Shown here: positions 19,730 through 29,606 of the stretch, piece by piece | Numbering within the stretch: position 1 is the stretch's first letter | Layout: the number at the start of each line of letters is the position of its first letter | Source of the DNA: an uncultured virus (IMG/VR IMGVR_UViG_3300031134_000596) | Taxonomy: Duplodnaviria > Heunggongvirae > Uroviricota > Caudoviricetes | Virus record (IMG/VR): IMGVR_UViG_3300031134_000596 | Strand: one strand, 5' to 3' | DNA length: 64,000 bases | Notes under the pieces: generated by a model | Database searches by the model: none | The model's input: only the letters and a program-made list of their open reading frames with translations | What the model was told of the DNA's origin: nothing | Made by a program: the position numbers and the translations under genes

Positions 19730-20218
19730 TTAGAACGATGAAGGTATGCTTTCATTTTGAGCATGCGGCAGTTGCTCATTCAGTTCAGCCACCAAAACAC
19801 GAGCTTTTTGAAGGGCTTCTCCAGCAGTTGCCCCATAAGTTGAATACAGCCAACCCAATTCGTGATTCGACATGTCATCTTTGAGTGACTCAGGTACTTT
19901 AGTGCCTTCGAGAACAATCTGCATCGACGGAGACTGGTTGTACGAATAAACACGGTCGGCAACCGGAACAATCTCTCCTGATTCGTCCATCAGGAAACGT
20001 GATACTTCCACTTTGAACTGAGGCACATAGCGAATGTCAGTTTCTGTGTTCAGTTCCTGCTGCCGAACAACCCATAAACCGTCAGGGATTTCGTTAGCTC
20101 TTTCCTGAGCGTTCAACGCATCACATACAGATGCAGCAACATCCAAGTCAGAGAAAAATGGGTGATGATAGTGAACCATGTCACCGTCATTCATCTCAAC
20201 TACGAAAATATCAGCCAT
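19730..20218 (-). CDS. Hypothetical protein, tandem paralog
   Basis: F.D...A..VCDALN ... W.V ... YGATAGEALQKA. Confidence 0.65.
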   Translation of the reverse strand: MADIFVVEMNDGDMVHYHHPFFSDLDVAASVCDALNAQERANEIPDGLWVVRQQELNTETDIRYVPQFKVEVSRFLMDESGEIVPVADRVYSYNQSPSMQIVLEGTKVPESLKDDMSNHELGWLYSTYGATAGEALQKARVLVAELNEQLPHAQNESIPSSF

Positions 20219-20261
20219 TCAGGGTTCCTTAGATATATGGTTATATCCAAGTATATCAGAC

Positions 20262-20699
20262 TCAGCTGACCAAAGAGAGAACAGGCACTTGAGCTCGGTT
20301 GAGTTTCTCCGCAGCAGCTATAGCTTTAGTTTGAACTTCTTTCTCTGTACGACCGTAGACTGTAGCTGACCAGTACTTCCATAACGAGTCAGGTTCGCTG
20401 ATTTTATCCTCAGGCAGAGGTGTGCCGGCTGGAACTAACGTAATTTTTGGTTCTTGTGAGCTGGGAGTGTATTTCTTGCTGAAGGGTGCAATACCAACCT
20501 GCTGGCACACTTGAGCAACATACTCTTTAGCGTCCTCACGAACTGGCGTGGTAACAATACCCCAGTTGTCAGACCCAGTTGCTTCGTTCAAAGCTTTACA
20601 AGCAGACTTCGCTGTGTCTTCATTGGTGTAAGCAATGTGCTTGATTGTCGAGTTGCAAGGGCCGTTCAGGTTAGTGACAGTGTAGATAAGGTCAGACAT
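20262..20699 (-). CDS. Hypothetical protein, tandem paralog
   Basis: YTNEDTAKSACKALN ... WGI ... YGRTEKEVQTKA. Confidence 0.65.
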   Translation of the reverse strand: MSDLIYTVTNLNGPCNSTIKHIAYTNEDTAKSACKALNEATGSDNWGIVTTPVREDAKEYVAQVCQQVGIAPFSKKYTPSSQEPKITLVPAGTPLPEDKISEPDSLWKYWSATVYGRTEKEVQTKAIAAAEKLNRAQVPVLSLVS

Positions 20700-20788
20700 T
20701 GATGTTTTGTTTCTTTCAAAGAGGGGGACAAAACACTTATCGGATTTTTTGGTCAATTCTTTGACACTGTTTTGGTTTCTGACTCAAA

Positions 20789-21316
20789 TCACGAACGACG
20801 TAAGGCTTCCTCGAACTGCTCATCGTCAGCGACAGTGATTCCGTGTGTGCGGTTCACCTGAATGGCAAGCTCCACAGCTGACTGCTTCGCTTCTTCATAG
20901 GTACGGCTCGACACGACGTAAGTCCAGTGTTCATTACGAGCATGAGGAGGGAACTCAGCTGTCTCGGGAAGCTCCAACTCTTCAGGAAACAGCAACACAT
21001 TTTCTACATAACCTGCTGGCTCATAACGTGAACGCTCTGCGCTCCAGGAGACCCGCCACATAACAACAGGGGAGAAAGATGTTGAATCCTGAATGAGGTA
21101 AACCTCGCGGATGCTCCAGAGTTCAGTAGGGAAATCTGTGTCCCTGTCCTGAGGCCCAATTGCTGCGTTCAATGCATCACGTACTGATTCAGCAGTCTGC
21201 TGGTTCTCGTAGGTGAGAGTATGCAAGAACACAGGGTCAGGATGCACAACTTCATAGGTCTTCTTGTTACGAGGAGGTGCACCAAAAGCCTGGAAGAAAG
21301 TATTAGGGATAGCCAT
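20789..21316 (-). CDS. Hypothetical protein, tandem paralog
   Basis: YENQQTAESVRDALN ... WSI ... SSRTYEEAKQSA. Confidence 0.65.
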   Translation of the reverse strand: MAIPNTFFQAFGAPPRNKKTYEVVHPDPVFLHTLTYENQQTAESVRDALNAAIGPQDRDTDFPTELWSIREVYLIQDSTSFSPVVMWRVSWSAERSRYEPAGYVENVLLFPEELELPETAEFPPHARNEHWTYVVSSRTYEEAKQSAVELAIQVNRTHGITVADDEQFEEALRRS

Positions 21317-21378
21317 GAGTTTTCCAATGTTCGTTTGATCGTTGTAGCTGGGATGTAGGACAAATGAAACGAGCTGGC

Positions 21379-21924
21379 TCAGACCTTCAAAGGAAGGGCA
21401 TGAGCCAGCTCGATGGGGGACAGACTGATGAGTAGTTCACGGAATTCGGGGTACGGCAGGTGTGCATGCTCCATAATGAAAGCAATACGCTCTTCAGGCA
21501 GTTCGGGTGCGTAACGACCTGAAACCAGCATGTCCTGAAGGTTGAACAAAGCCCTCAGAGCGTGACGTTGCTTCCTGAAACCAGTCTGGGATGCGAACTT
21601 GGTGATGATTCGCTCGTACGCAGGAACAACTTCATAACCAGCCTGGTAAGAAGCCCGCAGGCTGCCCAGCAAGTCGACCAGAGGCTCAGCAGCAAACATG
21701 GCGTCAAGAGCCTGATGGGAACCAGCAGCTGCTCGCTCCATGAAGTGCGAAAGAGTCATCTGGGTAGTGTCGATGCCGTCCACGATGGTCTGACGGACCT
21801 GACGGGGAGCATCACGAGTTTCAATCATGAAAGGCTCAGTGTGGACTTCAAAATAGTCGTCGTCGGAAGCGTCTGTGGCGTAACCATACAGACGTGAACC
21901 AGCTTGCACTCGAAGCAACAACAT
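21379..21924 (-). CDS. DNA pol beta-superfamily nucleotidyltransferase
   Basis: GSRLYGYATDASDDD motif. Confidence 0.8.
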   Translation of the reverse strand: MLLLRVQAGSRLYGYATDASDDDYFEVHTEPFMIETRDAPRQVRQTIVDGIDTTQMTLSHFMERAAAGSHQALDAMFAAEPLVDLLGSLRASYQAGYEVVPAYERIITKFASQTGFRKQRHALRALFNLQDMLVSGRYAPELPEERIAFIMEHAHLPYPEFRELLISLSPIELAHALPLKV

Positions 21925-21991
21925 GATGCTCTCCTTTCATATGAAAAGGACTATACCTGATTAGGTGATGACTGTCAAGTATCGGGTCAGT

Positions 21992-22537
21992 TTAGGCTGC
22001 GACTTCAAGAACGGCAGGGGAAACGAATTCAGCCCAGTCCAAATTCTTGAACGTCTCATAGTCAACCCCTAAGTCCTCAGCCTTGTCATCAGCGGTGGAC
22101 ACAAGAGTCCATTCAGCCGTCAGAGCGAACTGGTAAGGAATGAGGAATTCAAGATTTTCAGCTTCGATAATAGCCTCAGGGTCATGCAAGGGAATGGAAT
22201 CTTCCCAGTAATTACGAATGACATCCTTAGCAGCTTCTGAAGCAATACCGTTGTCATCATAAAGGTAGGACTCGGCAGCTTCAAATAAGCTCAACCAGTG
22301 ACCATGAACAACAACCTCATCAGGAATTTCAATTCTCCAGATGTCTGCATCACGCTTACTGAACAGTCGGTAATGCTGCCAAGCTTCAGCCTGCTTTAAA
22401 CTGGCGGAAGCGAACACGCTTTCAGAACGAGGGGATTTACCTTCCAGGGACTCAGGGCAGGCAGAATCGAACCAGACAGCACCTGTGTGCTTCAGCTGTG
22501 CTAACGGTGTGATACCACCTGACCTGTAAAGGAACAT
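21992..22537 (-). CDS. Putative ADP-ribosyltransferase-fold protein
   Basis: LYRSG ... R.ESVFAS ... IWRIEI ... YW ... EFLIP; resembles the C-domain of 40604-41329. Confidence 0.5.
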   Translation of the reverse strand: MFLYRSGGITPLAQLKHTGAVWFDSACPESLEGKSPRSESVFASASLKQAEAWQHYRLFSKRDADIWRIEIPDEVVVHGHWLSLFEAAESYLYDDNGIASEAAKDVIRNYWEDSIPLHDPEAIIEAENLEFLIPYQFALTAEWTLVSTADDKAEDLGVDYETFKNLDWAEFVSPAVLEVAA

Positions 22538-22600
22538 ACTTGTGACTTTATACCATAACTATGGGTTAACGCAAGTTATCAGGAAAGAAAACATGACCCC

Positions 22601-23224
22601 TTAACTGGGCGCACTATCTGTCAGGTAAATCCAGGAAAGCTCAGCCGGTTCGTTAGGATAGAAGTAGTCAGGAACGAAATCAGGGTCACTTGTAATTTTG
22701 ATGTAGTCGTTTCTATATTCAGTCCCTTCAGCTCCCCCATAAAGAACCCAAGGGTTGCCTATTGAAGAAATCTCTTCAGAAAGGGCGTCCCCGTCGCATA
22801 AAGTGTAGTCATCCTGATCTGCTTCATGCTCAGTCAAACATTTCACATCAAATTGAGGTCCGACACGTTCCTGGACCCAACCCACTAAAGCATGGTCATG
22901 ATGAGGGTCTTGTTCCAATTCGGAGTAAAGGTCTTCAGGAGTCTGCTGGTCTTCAATGTAATACCAGTCTACAAAACGGTCGTTGAGTTCAAGGTGGACA
23001 TTACCGTTGCTGAGGACAGTTTTCTGTGTCCCTGCAAACCATTCAAGTACTATGCTGTAGTCTTCAGGGTAGCGAGATTCTATCTCTTCATGCTCTGCTG
23101 TGACAGTCTCTTTGACCGCTTCACATGTTTCGTGGTTCAGGCAGGTAAAATCAGCAACCAGACGCTGAGCAGTAATAGTCAAAGACAGGTAATGATCGTC
23201 AGCTTCTGGTTTGAGGTTAATCAT
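22601..23224 (-). CDS. Hypothetical acidic protein with internal duplication
   Basis: DFTCLNHE/DVKCLTEHE and WFAGTQKT/LYGGAEGT half-repeats. Confidence 0.6.
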   Translation of the reverse strand: MINLKPEADDHYLSLTITAQRLVADFTCLNHETCEAVKETVTAEHEEIESRYPEDYSIVLEWFAGTQKTVLSNGNVHLELNDRFVDWYYIEDQQTPEDLYSELEQDPHHDHALVGWVQERVGPQFDVKCLTEHEADQDDYTLCDGDALSEEISSIGNPWVLYGGAEGTEYRNDYIKITSDPDFVPDYFYPNEPAELSWIYLTDSAPS

Positions 23225-23289
23225 GTTCCTACTTTACCACACAACTGTTTTATGGTAAAGTAGGAGGATAATAAGTTACGGAGATAAGT

Positions 23290-23616
23290 ATGAGTAGAAC
23301 TTGGCTAATGTTTGGTGCTAAGTCAGAGGCCGCTACCACGGAAAATGGAGCTGTACTGTACAAGCACATTTGGGAGAACCCTCGTGCGTTAGCTATGTCC
23401 GGAGTTCCTTCTGACAAAATTCTTCAGCTTGAACTTCAGGAGAACCCTGAAGGAGAGTACATGGGCTGGATTCCTGGGGATCGCCCAGAAAGCTTGAACA
23501 TGGTGCAGCTGAAAAAGATTTTTGCCATTCAGTTCCCTTATGGGGTCAAAGCAGCCATGGAAGCAGGACAGGGCGAAGCTGTTCCTTTGAGTATCGTAGA
23601 GAAGGTTCCAGTATGA
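23290..23616 (+). CDS. Hypothetical protein, tandem paralog
   Basis: ENGAVLY ... YMGWI ... FAIQFPYG. Confidence 0.7.
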   Translation: MSRTWLMFGAKSEAATTENGAVLYKHIWENPRALAMSGVPSDKILQLELQENPEGEYMGWIPGDRPESLNMVQLKKIFAIQFPYGVKAAMEAGQGEAVPLSIVEKVPV

Positions 23617-23930
23617 ACTGGGAGCTATTCGGTCGAGCTGATGTGAAAGAGAACGGTACTGTCGTTTACAGCCGATTCCATGAGAACCGAAACAGAATGC
23701 GGTTCTTGTCAGTCCCTGAAGAGGACATCAAAACGCTTGTTGTCACAGTGGATGAGAGCGGACCTTACCTGGGTTGGGTCCGAACAGACCGAACCATGAT
23801 TGAACTGATTCTTCCTGTTCACATTTTTGACATTCAGTTCCCTTATGGTCACAAGGCTTCAGAAGAAAAGGGTCTTGGTAAAGCTTACCGTGTTTCTATC
23901 ACGGAGAAAATTGAAGGAGATAACAAATGA
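23613..23930 (+). CDS. Hypothetical protein, tandem paralog
   Basis: ENGTVVY ... YLGWV ... FDIQFPYG. Confidence 0.7.
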   Translation: MNWELFGRADVKENGTVVYSRFHENRNRMRFLSVPEEDIKTLVVTVDESGPYLGWVRTDRTMIELILPVHIFDIQFPYGHKASEEKGLGKAYRVSITEKIEGDNK

Positions 23931-24565
23931 TTCTTTCACAGAATTCAGAAGGTAACTGGGTCGATGTTCAGGATGAAGAGGGTAACGTAATTGCCCATCT
24001 GGGTCGAACACATTCACCCGCAAACTGTGCAGGACGAGGATGTGCTATCCATAATCATCCTTCCCAGCATCCTTTGAACGATGCCCCAATCAACTGGGTC
24101 AACGACACAGGTGTGCTTGAACGAGTTTGCGAGCACAAAGTTGGTCATCCTGATGCTGATGCTGCTGAGTTCCAGGCGGCTCAGGGTCGTGACTACCTGA
24201 ACGTTCACACTTGCGACGGTTGCTGTGGGGCAAAGGCCGATAAAGCTGATAAGTTCGTAGCTTCTATGCGTATCGAAATGCATAAGGGTCCTCGACCTGT
24301 TGATGTCCTTTTTGGGGGTTCGGAGGCAGCGTATAAGACTGTACCCAACCCAGTGGCTCCGCCTCTGTCAAACCGCATTGGTTTCCAGCGGGTTGACACA
24401 CCTGAACCGGTGAAGAGGCAGGACACTCTGGAAGAACTTGACTTGATAGAGGATTTGTTCTATGCTTGGAGGAAAGAGAGCGTAAACAACAGCTCTTACC
24501 CGGCATCTCTCAAAGATGCTTTCCGTGCAGGATATCAAAGCCGACAGAAAAGAACTGATGACTAA
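23927..24565 (+). CDS. Cys/His-rich metal-binding protein (actinophage-like)
   Basis: H..ANC.GRGC.IH ... ERVCEH.VGHPD ... HTCDGCC. Confidence 0.65.
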   Translation: MILSQNSEGNWVDVQDEEGNVIAHLGRTHSPANCAGRGCAIHNHPSQHPLNDAPINWVNDTGVLERVCEHKVGHPDADAAEFQAAQGRDYLNVHTCDGCCGAKADKADKFVASMRIEMHKGPRPVDVLFGGSEAAYKTVPNPVAPPLSNRIGFQRVDTPEPVKRQDTLEELDLIEDLFYAWRKESVNNSSYPASLKDAFRAGYQSRQKRTDD

Positions 24566-24869
24566 GACTGAGCAGTATGAGAACCTGAGGGTCCGTGCTT
24601 TCCGTGCCATTGAGCGTCGTGATGAGACTGCTCTGAAGGTCCAGGTGAGCATCCTGTGGGGTTTTGCTGCAGGAACTTTCCCTGAAGACGGTCGACTCGC
24701 GGAGGAGCTGGTTGCTTTCTCTGGAAAGGCTCCCACTTTCACTTTCCACATGCTGGTTCGTGAGCTTGGTCGTATTGATGCTGTCTACCGAGCTAACCAG
24801 CTGCGTGCAACTGCTTCTAATACTCTTCCTGCTCTGAATCAGAAGTCCAGTTTGTTTGACCTCATCTGA
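24558..24869 (+). CDS. Hypothetical protein
   Basis: ORF coupled to the upstream gene, followed by a terminator. Confidence 0.6.
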   Translation: MTKTEQYENLRVRAFRAIERRDETALKVQVSILWGFAAGTFPEDGRLAEELVAFSGKAPTFTFHMLVRELGRIDAVYRANQLRATASNTLPALNQKSSLFDLI

Positions 24870-24874
24870 ATCAA

Positions 24875-24924
24875 CTTAAACAGTAAAGGCAACCCACTAA
24901 CCTGGGTTGCCTTTACTGTTTAAG
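24875..24924. terminator. Bidirectional intrinsic terminator
   Basis: 22-bp inverted repeat between convergent genes. Confidence 0.8.
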
Positions 24925-25171
24925 CGTAAACGCCTTTGATCGACACCGTGTTCTGAATGTCGACATGCTTCATATGCTCCATCACATGCTGATCTGTTGA
25001 TTCGATGAAAACTTTACGGTAATGAGTGCGTCCAGTTTCTTCTTTCACTGACGGCATTACTACAGCATTGGTTTTTGTTTCATCTGAAGCAAGGCGAGTG
25101 ACCAAATTGGCAACACTGGTGTCCAGAAGGCGATGATCGGAGGAGCTAAGTACGAAAGTGAAAGTTCTCAT
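24920..25171 (-). CDS. Ribosomal protein uS10/NusE homolog lacking the ribosome-binding loop
   Basis: DHRLLD, MPSVKE, RTHYR..I and D.Q..VSI align by eye with S10 DHRLID, LPTRKE, RTHLRLVDI and DLAAGVDVQI. Confidence 0.7.
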   Translation of the reverse strand: MRTFTFVLSSSDHRLLDTSVANLVTRLASDETKTNAVVMPSVKEETGRTHYRKVFIESTDQHVMEHMKHVDIQNTVSIKGVYA

Positions 25172-25228
25172 ACCCAAAGGCTACCATGCATAGATGAAGT
25201 ACCAGTTTTATCTATGCATGGTAGCCTT

Positions 25229-26035
25229 TCAGTTCGTCATCAAGTCGGTAAAGCCGAACAAGTACAAATGCGTGAAAAAGTAAACACTGGAACCCAGAAC
25301 CAAAGCAGCTCCGCCGGCTTGGATGAGACTCCTTCGAACGTACCTTCTTCGGGAAGCTCTCTGTAGGTTTTTGAACCAGGCAAATCGAGCAGTCTGCTCT
25401 TGGAGTTCATCTTTGTAGGAATGAGACCAGAAATCACTGAGAACCATCTCCTCAACAGGAAGTTTAGAGCTCAAGTTTTCTTTGTTTCGGCTCTTCTCCT
25501 GGGAACGTATGAATTTCACTAACGTGCTGATTTCCAGCATCTCGACATCTGAATGAGCTTTAACTGTGAGAGATTTTACTCCTACGTACACAATTAGAGG
25601 AATTACTGAAGTGCCGTATGCAAGCTTTTTCTCAACACGATCTGCTTCGTATTTCGAGTTGCGGATGTAAGGTTGATTCTTTCCATCAACAAGCACTGTA
25701 CGGTTGGTTGACCAAATTCGTTTGCCTTGAAGGTTCTTAGTATTGATAGTGTAAACCACACCTGAAGGAGTAATGATTACATGGTCAATATCTGAACCTC
25801 GTACCCCAATAGGAACAGAGTGAAGAACGACGTAACCGTCTTTTTCCAGAGCCTTCAGAACTTTACCGACCTGAATTTCACCTTGCAAACCGATGTACCA
25901 GCTCCGAGTTTCGGGCGTGAGAGGTGACGCTCCGAAAGCACGAGCCAGCCAGTTTTGTGCAGGCAGCTCTGTTTGGAGTGAGTACAATTTATTCACGAGG
26001 CTGTACCCTGGCCGGTGTTCCAGAAGATTAACCAT
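25229..26035 (-). CDS. NERD-domain (PD-(D/E)xK-like) nuclease with C-terminal TM
   Basis: GLQGE..VG..L, VLHSV, SDIDHVII.PSG.VYTINTKN. Confidence 0.85.
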   Translation of the reverse strand: MVNLLEHRPGYSLVNKLYSLQTELPAQNWLARAFGASPLTPETRSWYIGLQGEIQVGKVLKALEKDGYVVLHSVPIGVRGSDIDHVIITPSGVVYTINTKNLQGKRIWSTNRTVLVDGKNQPYIRNSKYEADRVEKKLAYGTSVIPLIVYVGVKSLTVKAHSDVEMLEISTLVKFIRSQEKSRNKENLSSKLPVEEMVLSDFWSHSYKDELQEQTARFAWFKNLQRASRRRYVRRSLIQAGGAALVLGSSVYFFTHLYLFGFTDLMTN

Positions 26036-26067
26036 TGTTGTACTATCTGTTCAACGGGAGCCGAACG

Positions 26068-27318
26068 TCACCCTTCTGTCATAATTCGGTGAATGAAACG
26101 GTTTGCAATAGCTGGTTTGCGGCAGTACCACATGAACCCTGAAGCAGCGGTTTTTCTCCTATTCAGAGGCTTCCTGCTGTTGGTTCCGTAGTGGTATCCG
26201 TCGCAGTGAGGGCAAGCGTAAACTTCTTTTACCCCGTCTGCTGCAACATTAGTGAATTCTCGGATACCTCTGGCTGCTTCATCAGGAGAGCTGTAGTGGC
26301 GTTTACGACCACAAACCATATATTCGACCATCAGGTCGATTGAGACCAGTTCGGGCGGGAGGATGTACTCCAGAGGCTTTACAGTGACATTATTGAGGTA
26401 CTTCAACCCTGCAAGGTTGTATCGTGCAGGGTGAGAACTGGCAGAGGCCTGCACTGGCTTCGAAACCTGTACTTGACGCACTTGTTCGGTTGAAGAAACT
26501 TCTCGAACTGGTTCGAAGACGACCTTTTTCGGAGGGTTGACTTTCTTAACCGCCTGAGTTGTTGTTTTGGTTTTAGAACCAGGAGTGGAAAGTCCTTTAG
26601 CTTTCAAGACCACACCAAAAGCACCTGCAGTTCTTGTCCTTTTTTCTTTACGACGAGTAGATGTTCTTACGGAGATACTGCGGTTTTCAACAACAGCTTC
26701 TTGGCTCGTAGAATAACGGCGAAGCAGCGTGTTGTAGACACCATCCAACATTTCTTCAAGGTAGACGAAAACAAGTTCAGGAGTTGAAGGCTTCAGTTTC
26801 AGAAGTTCATCTTTATAGGATGCTTTAGAAGCAAAATGTTTAAACCGCTTGTCCTCTACCGAATGGAGGTCTTCATGAGTTCTACAGTAGCTCAACCGAG
26901 GTGTTGTGATGACGGCATTGTTCTCATAATTTGTGCAAGCTTCATCCTGTAAACTGGCGACAGCTGCTCTACTCTCTTCCAACCAGTGGGAGACAATGGT
27001 CCATTCAGGTCGAGCATGAATGTAAGCAAGGACTTCATCCGCCACATCTACTGTCTGAACTTCATCAAAGAACTGCAGAATTTTAGATTCAGGGAGAGTC
27101 TTCGAATGAGCAATCTCATCCCGAGCGGACTCCCAGGAAGAAAGGCTGATGATGTGATTCTGGTTACAACGAGAACAGGTCACAGCAACATGGTCTTTAA
27201 CGCTGAAAGTAGCATCCTGTTGATTGAGTTTCACATTTCGAGTACATGAAAGCTCGTAGAATGAATCAATGGCAGACTTGCGTTTAGTCTGACGCGGTTG
27301 ACCTTTTCGTTTTGCCAT
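26068..27318 (-). CDS. Multi zinc-finger protein (paralog of 35227-36774)
   Basis: CSRCNQNH; YCRTH; CGRKRHY ... YACPHCDGYHYG. Confidence 0.7.
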   Translation of the reverse strand: MAKRKGQPRQTKRKSAIDSFYELSCTRNVKLNQQDATFSVKDHVAVTCSRCNQNHIISLSSWESARDEIAHSKTLPESKILQFFDEVQTVDVADEVLAYIHARPEWTIVSHWLEESRAAVASLQDEACTNYENNAVITTPRLSYCRTHEDLHSVEDKRFKHFASKASYKDELLKLKPSTPELVFVYLEEMLDGVYNTLLRRYSTSQEAVVENRSISVRTSTRRKEKRTRTAGAFGVVLKAKGLSTPGSKTKTTTQAVKKVNPPKKVVFEPVREVSSTEQVRQVQVSKPVQASASSHPARYNLAGLKYLNNVTVKPLEYILPPELVSIDLMVEYMVCGRKRHYSSPDEAARGIREFTNVAADGVKEVYACPHCDGYHYGTNSRKPLNRRKTAASGFMWYCRKPAIANRFIHRIMTEG

Positions 27319-27417
27319 GACACTCTCCTTTGACTCTGTATTCTATCAAAGAATGAAGCCCTTTGCAACTGACTTCTTGTATGGTATTATTAGGTATCAA
27401 CTAATTAGGAATGCATC

Positions 27418-27813
27418 ATGTACACCTCTGAAATCACACGATATCCGCAGTCAGACAGACATAAGACGTTGAACGATCTTGTGAACGCTCTCCTTCAGGT
27501 GAACCCTGACAGTCCTCTTACTTTCCGATACTTTGGAACACCATCCCTTACGTTTGTCTCTTACCGAGGCTACTACCAGGACCTTGCAGTCACTTCAGGT
27601 GGAACTGATGTTGTCACAGTAAACGAATTCATCTTTGCATTGCACAAAGCAGTTGGAAAAACCTACATCGGATGGAAAGGTGGAGATTTCATAGCTGACT
27701 TCGATTCACCAATTTGGGTTGTCTACGATGCTTCAAATGTTGGAGAGTTCGTCACTGAAGTAACTGTTGAAAGTGATGGTTCAATCATCATTGAAAGCGA
27801 AAGCGATGACTGA
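27418..27813 (+). CDS. Phage-like hypothetical protein
   Basis: SYRGYYQDLA ... YIGWKGGDF; TTGCAA..TATTAT promoter. Confidence 0.7.
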   Translation: MYTSEITRYPQSDRHKTLNDLVNALLQVNPDSPLTFRYFGTPSLTFVSYRGYYQDLAVTSGGTDVVTVNEFIFALHKAVGKTYIGWKGGDFIADFDSPIWVVYDASNVGEFVTEVTVESDGSIIIESESDD

Positions 27814-28333
27814 ACAGAAGAAGCTTGTCCTTGTCGATTTTGATGGAGTCTTCAATGCTTTAGACACCATTCCTTCTTCCTACCCTTCAATGGTTCAGCA
27901 TGCAGATTTAAAGCATGTCCGTTACCGTCAGACAGAAACTGAAGGTGAGTTCGTTGACGAAGCTCTCATTTCACAAACAGCGGTAGAGGGCTTTGTATCC
28001 GCTACAGAAACAGCTGAAGTTATCTGGCTGACCACTTGGCTGGACCGTACTGAATGGTTCCCAAAAGCATTCGGATTCCCAGCTTTCCCTTACGGGGGTT
28101 CAGAAGAGCATGTCAGCACTACAACAGCTGCTGACTGGTGGAAGTTAGATTACCTTCAGAACAACCACCTGGATAGGGAAATCCTGTGGATTGATGACGA
28201 CTTGGCCACTGAACCTGAAGCATTAGCTTGGGTTGAGGCTCAGCAAGGGCGTGTAACTACTATGTCTCCTGACACCCGCACCGGGCTTACTGTGCAAAAT
28301 CTGAACACAATCGAAAGGTGGGTGAGCCAGTAA
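27806..28333 (+). CDS. HAD-superfamily protein (HAD_SAK type)
   Basis: LVDFDGVFN, WLTTW, WWK, LWIDDD, GLT. Confidence 0.85.
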   Translation: MTEQKKLVLVDFDGVFNALDTIPSSYPSMVQHADLKHVRYRQTETEGEFVDEALISQTAVEGFVSATETAEVIWLTTWLDRTEWFPKAFGFPAFPYGGSEEHVSTTTAADWWKLDYLQNNHLDREILWIDDDLATEPEALAWVEAQQGRVTTMSPDTRTGLTVQNLNTIERWVSQ

Positions 28334-28587
28334 TGGCTGAAGAAACTCCTCGTAAAGAATGCCGGTCAGTTGATTCTGAAGGAACTTCTTGCGTCAAAAG
28401 TCGTGGACACAAAGCTGCTAAGCATTCGGATGGAAAAGGTGGCTACTGGCTTGCAGGGATTAATAAGCCTGCAGTCAAAATACCTAAGAGCTCTCCTGAC
28501 CAGTTTGCTAATGCTAAAAAATATGTCGATGATGGTTACATGTCAGAAGGTGACTACCAAAGCTGGGGTCGCATCGAGTATTTTTGA
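28333..28587 (+). CDS. Small Cys/His protein
   Basis: C-x9-C-x5-H-x4-H. Confidence 0.55.
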   Translation: MAEETPRKECRSVDSEGTSCVKSRGHKAAKHSDGKGGYWLAGINKPAVKIPKSSPDQFANAKKYVDDGYMSEGDYQSWGRIEYF

Positions 28588-28778
28588 CTAGAAAAACATC
28601 GAATAGAGTGCGTTGTGTTAGAATGGAAACCGATACAACCACCAGACATAAAATATCAGTGTTTGTCTACCAACCGAAAGAGTAAAATGTTCTAGCTTCC
28701 TACCGCATCATGCAGGTCCCCGTAACGTTGACAGAAGAATTCAAAATCTCATCAACTACTACAAAGGACTTTATAACC

Positions 28779-29606
28779 ATGCATGAATCAAAGCTTGACA
28801 CTACCCGCACTTTTGACACTTTTGTTGTCCCACCTGCTCAGAACATCTACGAAAAATACACGTTCAGGGCAGAGAAGAAAGAAAACCGACCTGGTACCTG
28901 GAATTCGACTGTAGTGACAGTGGAACTGCACCATGAAGATGGTTCGGTGGAAGACATCTTCGAATATGAGCGTAACTACAGTATGTACAAAACGTTCGAG
29001 CCTTTCCGTCAATTCAAAGACGGTGCTTGGCATGAGTATGCTCTCATCTCAACCCGTTATACACGTTTCGAAGTGTTGGATTTGGAGAAACGCGAAATCA
29101 TTGCAGTGGAACCTTACCCTACAATTACTGAAGAAATACATGCTCGTTGGCGTGCAGCTGGTTATGCTGATTTGTGCGAAAAAGAACCTGTGGGTACAGA
29201 GAAGCCTGGAGCAGGGTTCTGCCCAGTAGAATTCTATGTCCCTGATTGGGCAGAGAACAAGGACGAGAACTCCCCTTACCTCCTAAACTACAAAGAAGAC
29301 GGGTTCCTTTACGACGAGGATGACCTTCTTGACAGGACTGGTCAGTTTGCGTTGTACATGGGTTGCATCTGGGGAGATGACTCTGGTGGTTGGAAGATTC
29401 GCTACATCGACCTGAGCCGCATCAGTGAAGGTGTTGTCACCTCGGACGAGCGTTTCGGTTACATCTCCTTTGCTGGCAAATCCTTGAAAGAAATTGACGT
29501 TTGGGAAGAAGGTCGAATGGTCATCCCTGTTGAGATGGTTGTTGACGCCAGTACAGGTAAAGCTTTCAAGATTGAAGCAAATTGGTCTGACGAAGATGAA
29601 GACTAA
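28779..29606 (+). CDS. Hypothetical protein
   Basis: SD AAAGGA; GFCPVEFYVP and GCIWGDDS motifs. Confidence 0.7.
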   Translation: MHESKLDTTRTFDTFVVPPAQNIYEKYTFRAEKKENRPGTWNSTVVTVELHHEDGSVEDIFEYERNYSMYKTFEPFRQFKDGAWHEYALISTRYTRFEVLDLEKREIIAVEPYPTITEEIHARWRAAGYADLCEKEPVGTEKPGAGFCPVEFYVPDWAENKDENSPYLLNYKEDGFLYDEDDLLDRTGQFALYMGCIWGDDSGGWKIRYIDLSRISEGVVTSDERFGYISFAGKSLKEIDVWEEGRMVIPVEMVVDASTGKAFKIEANWSDEDED

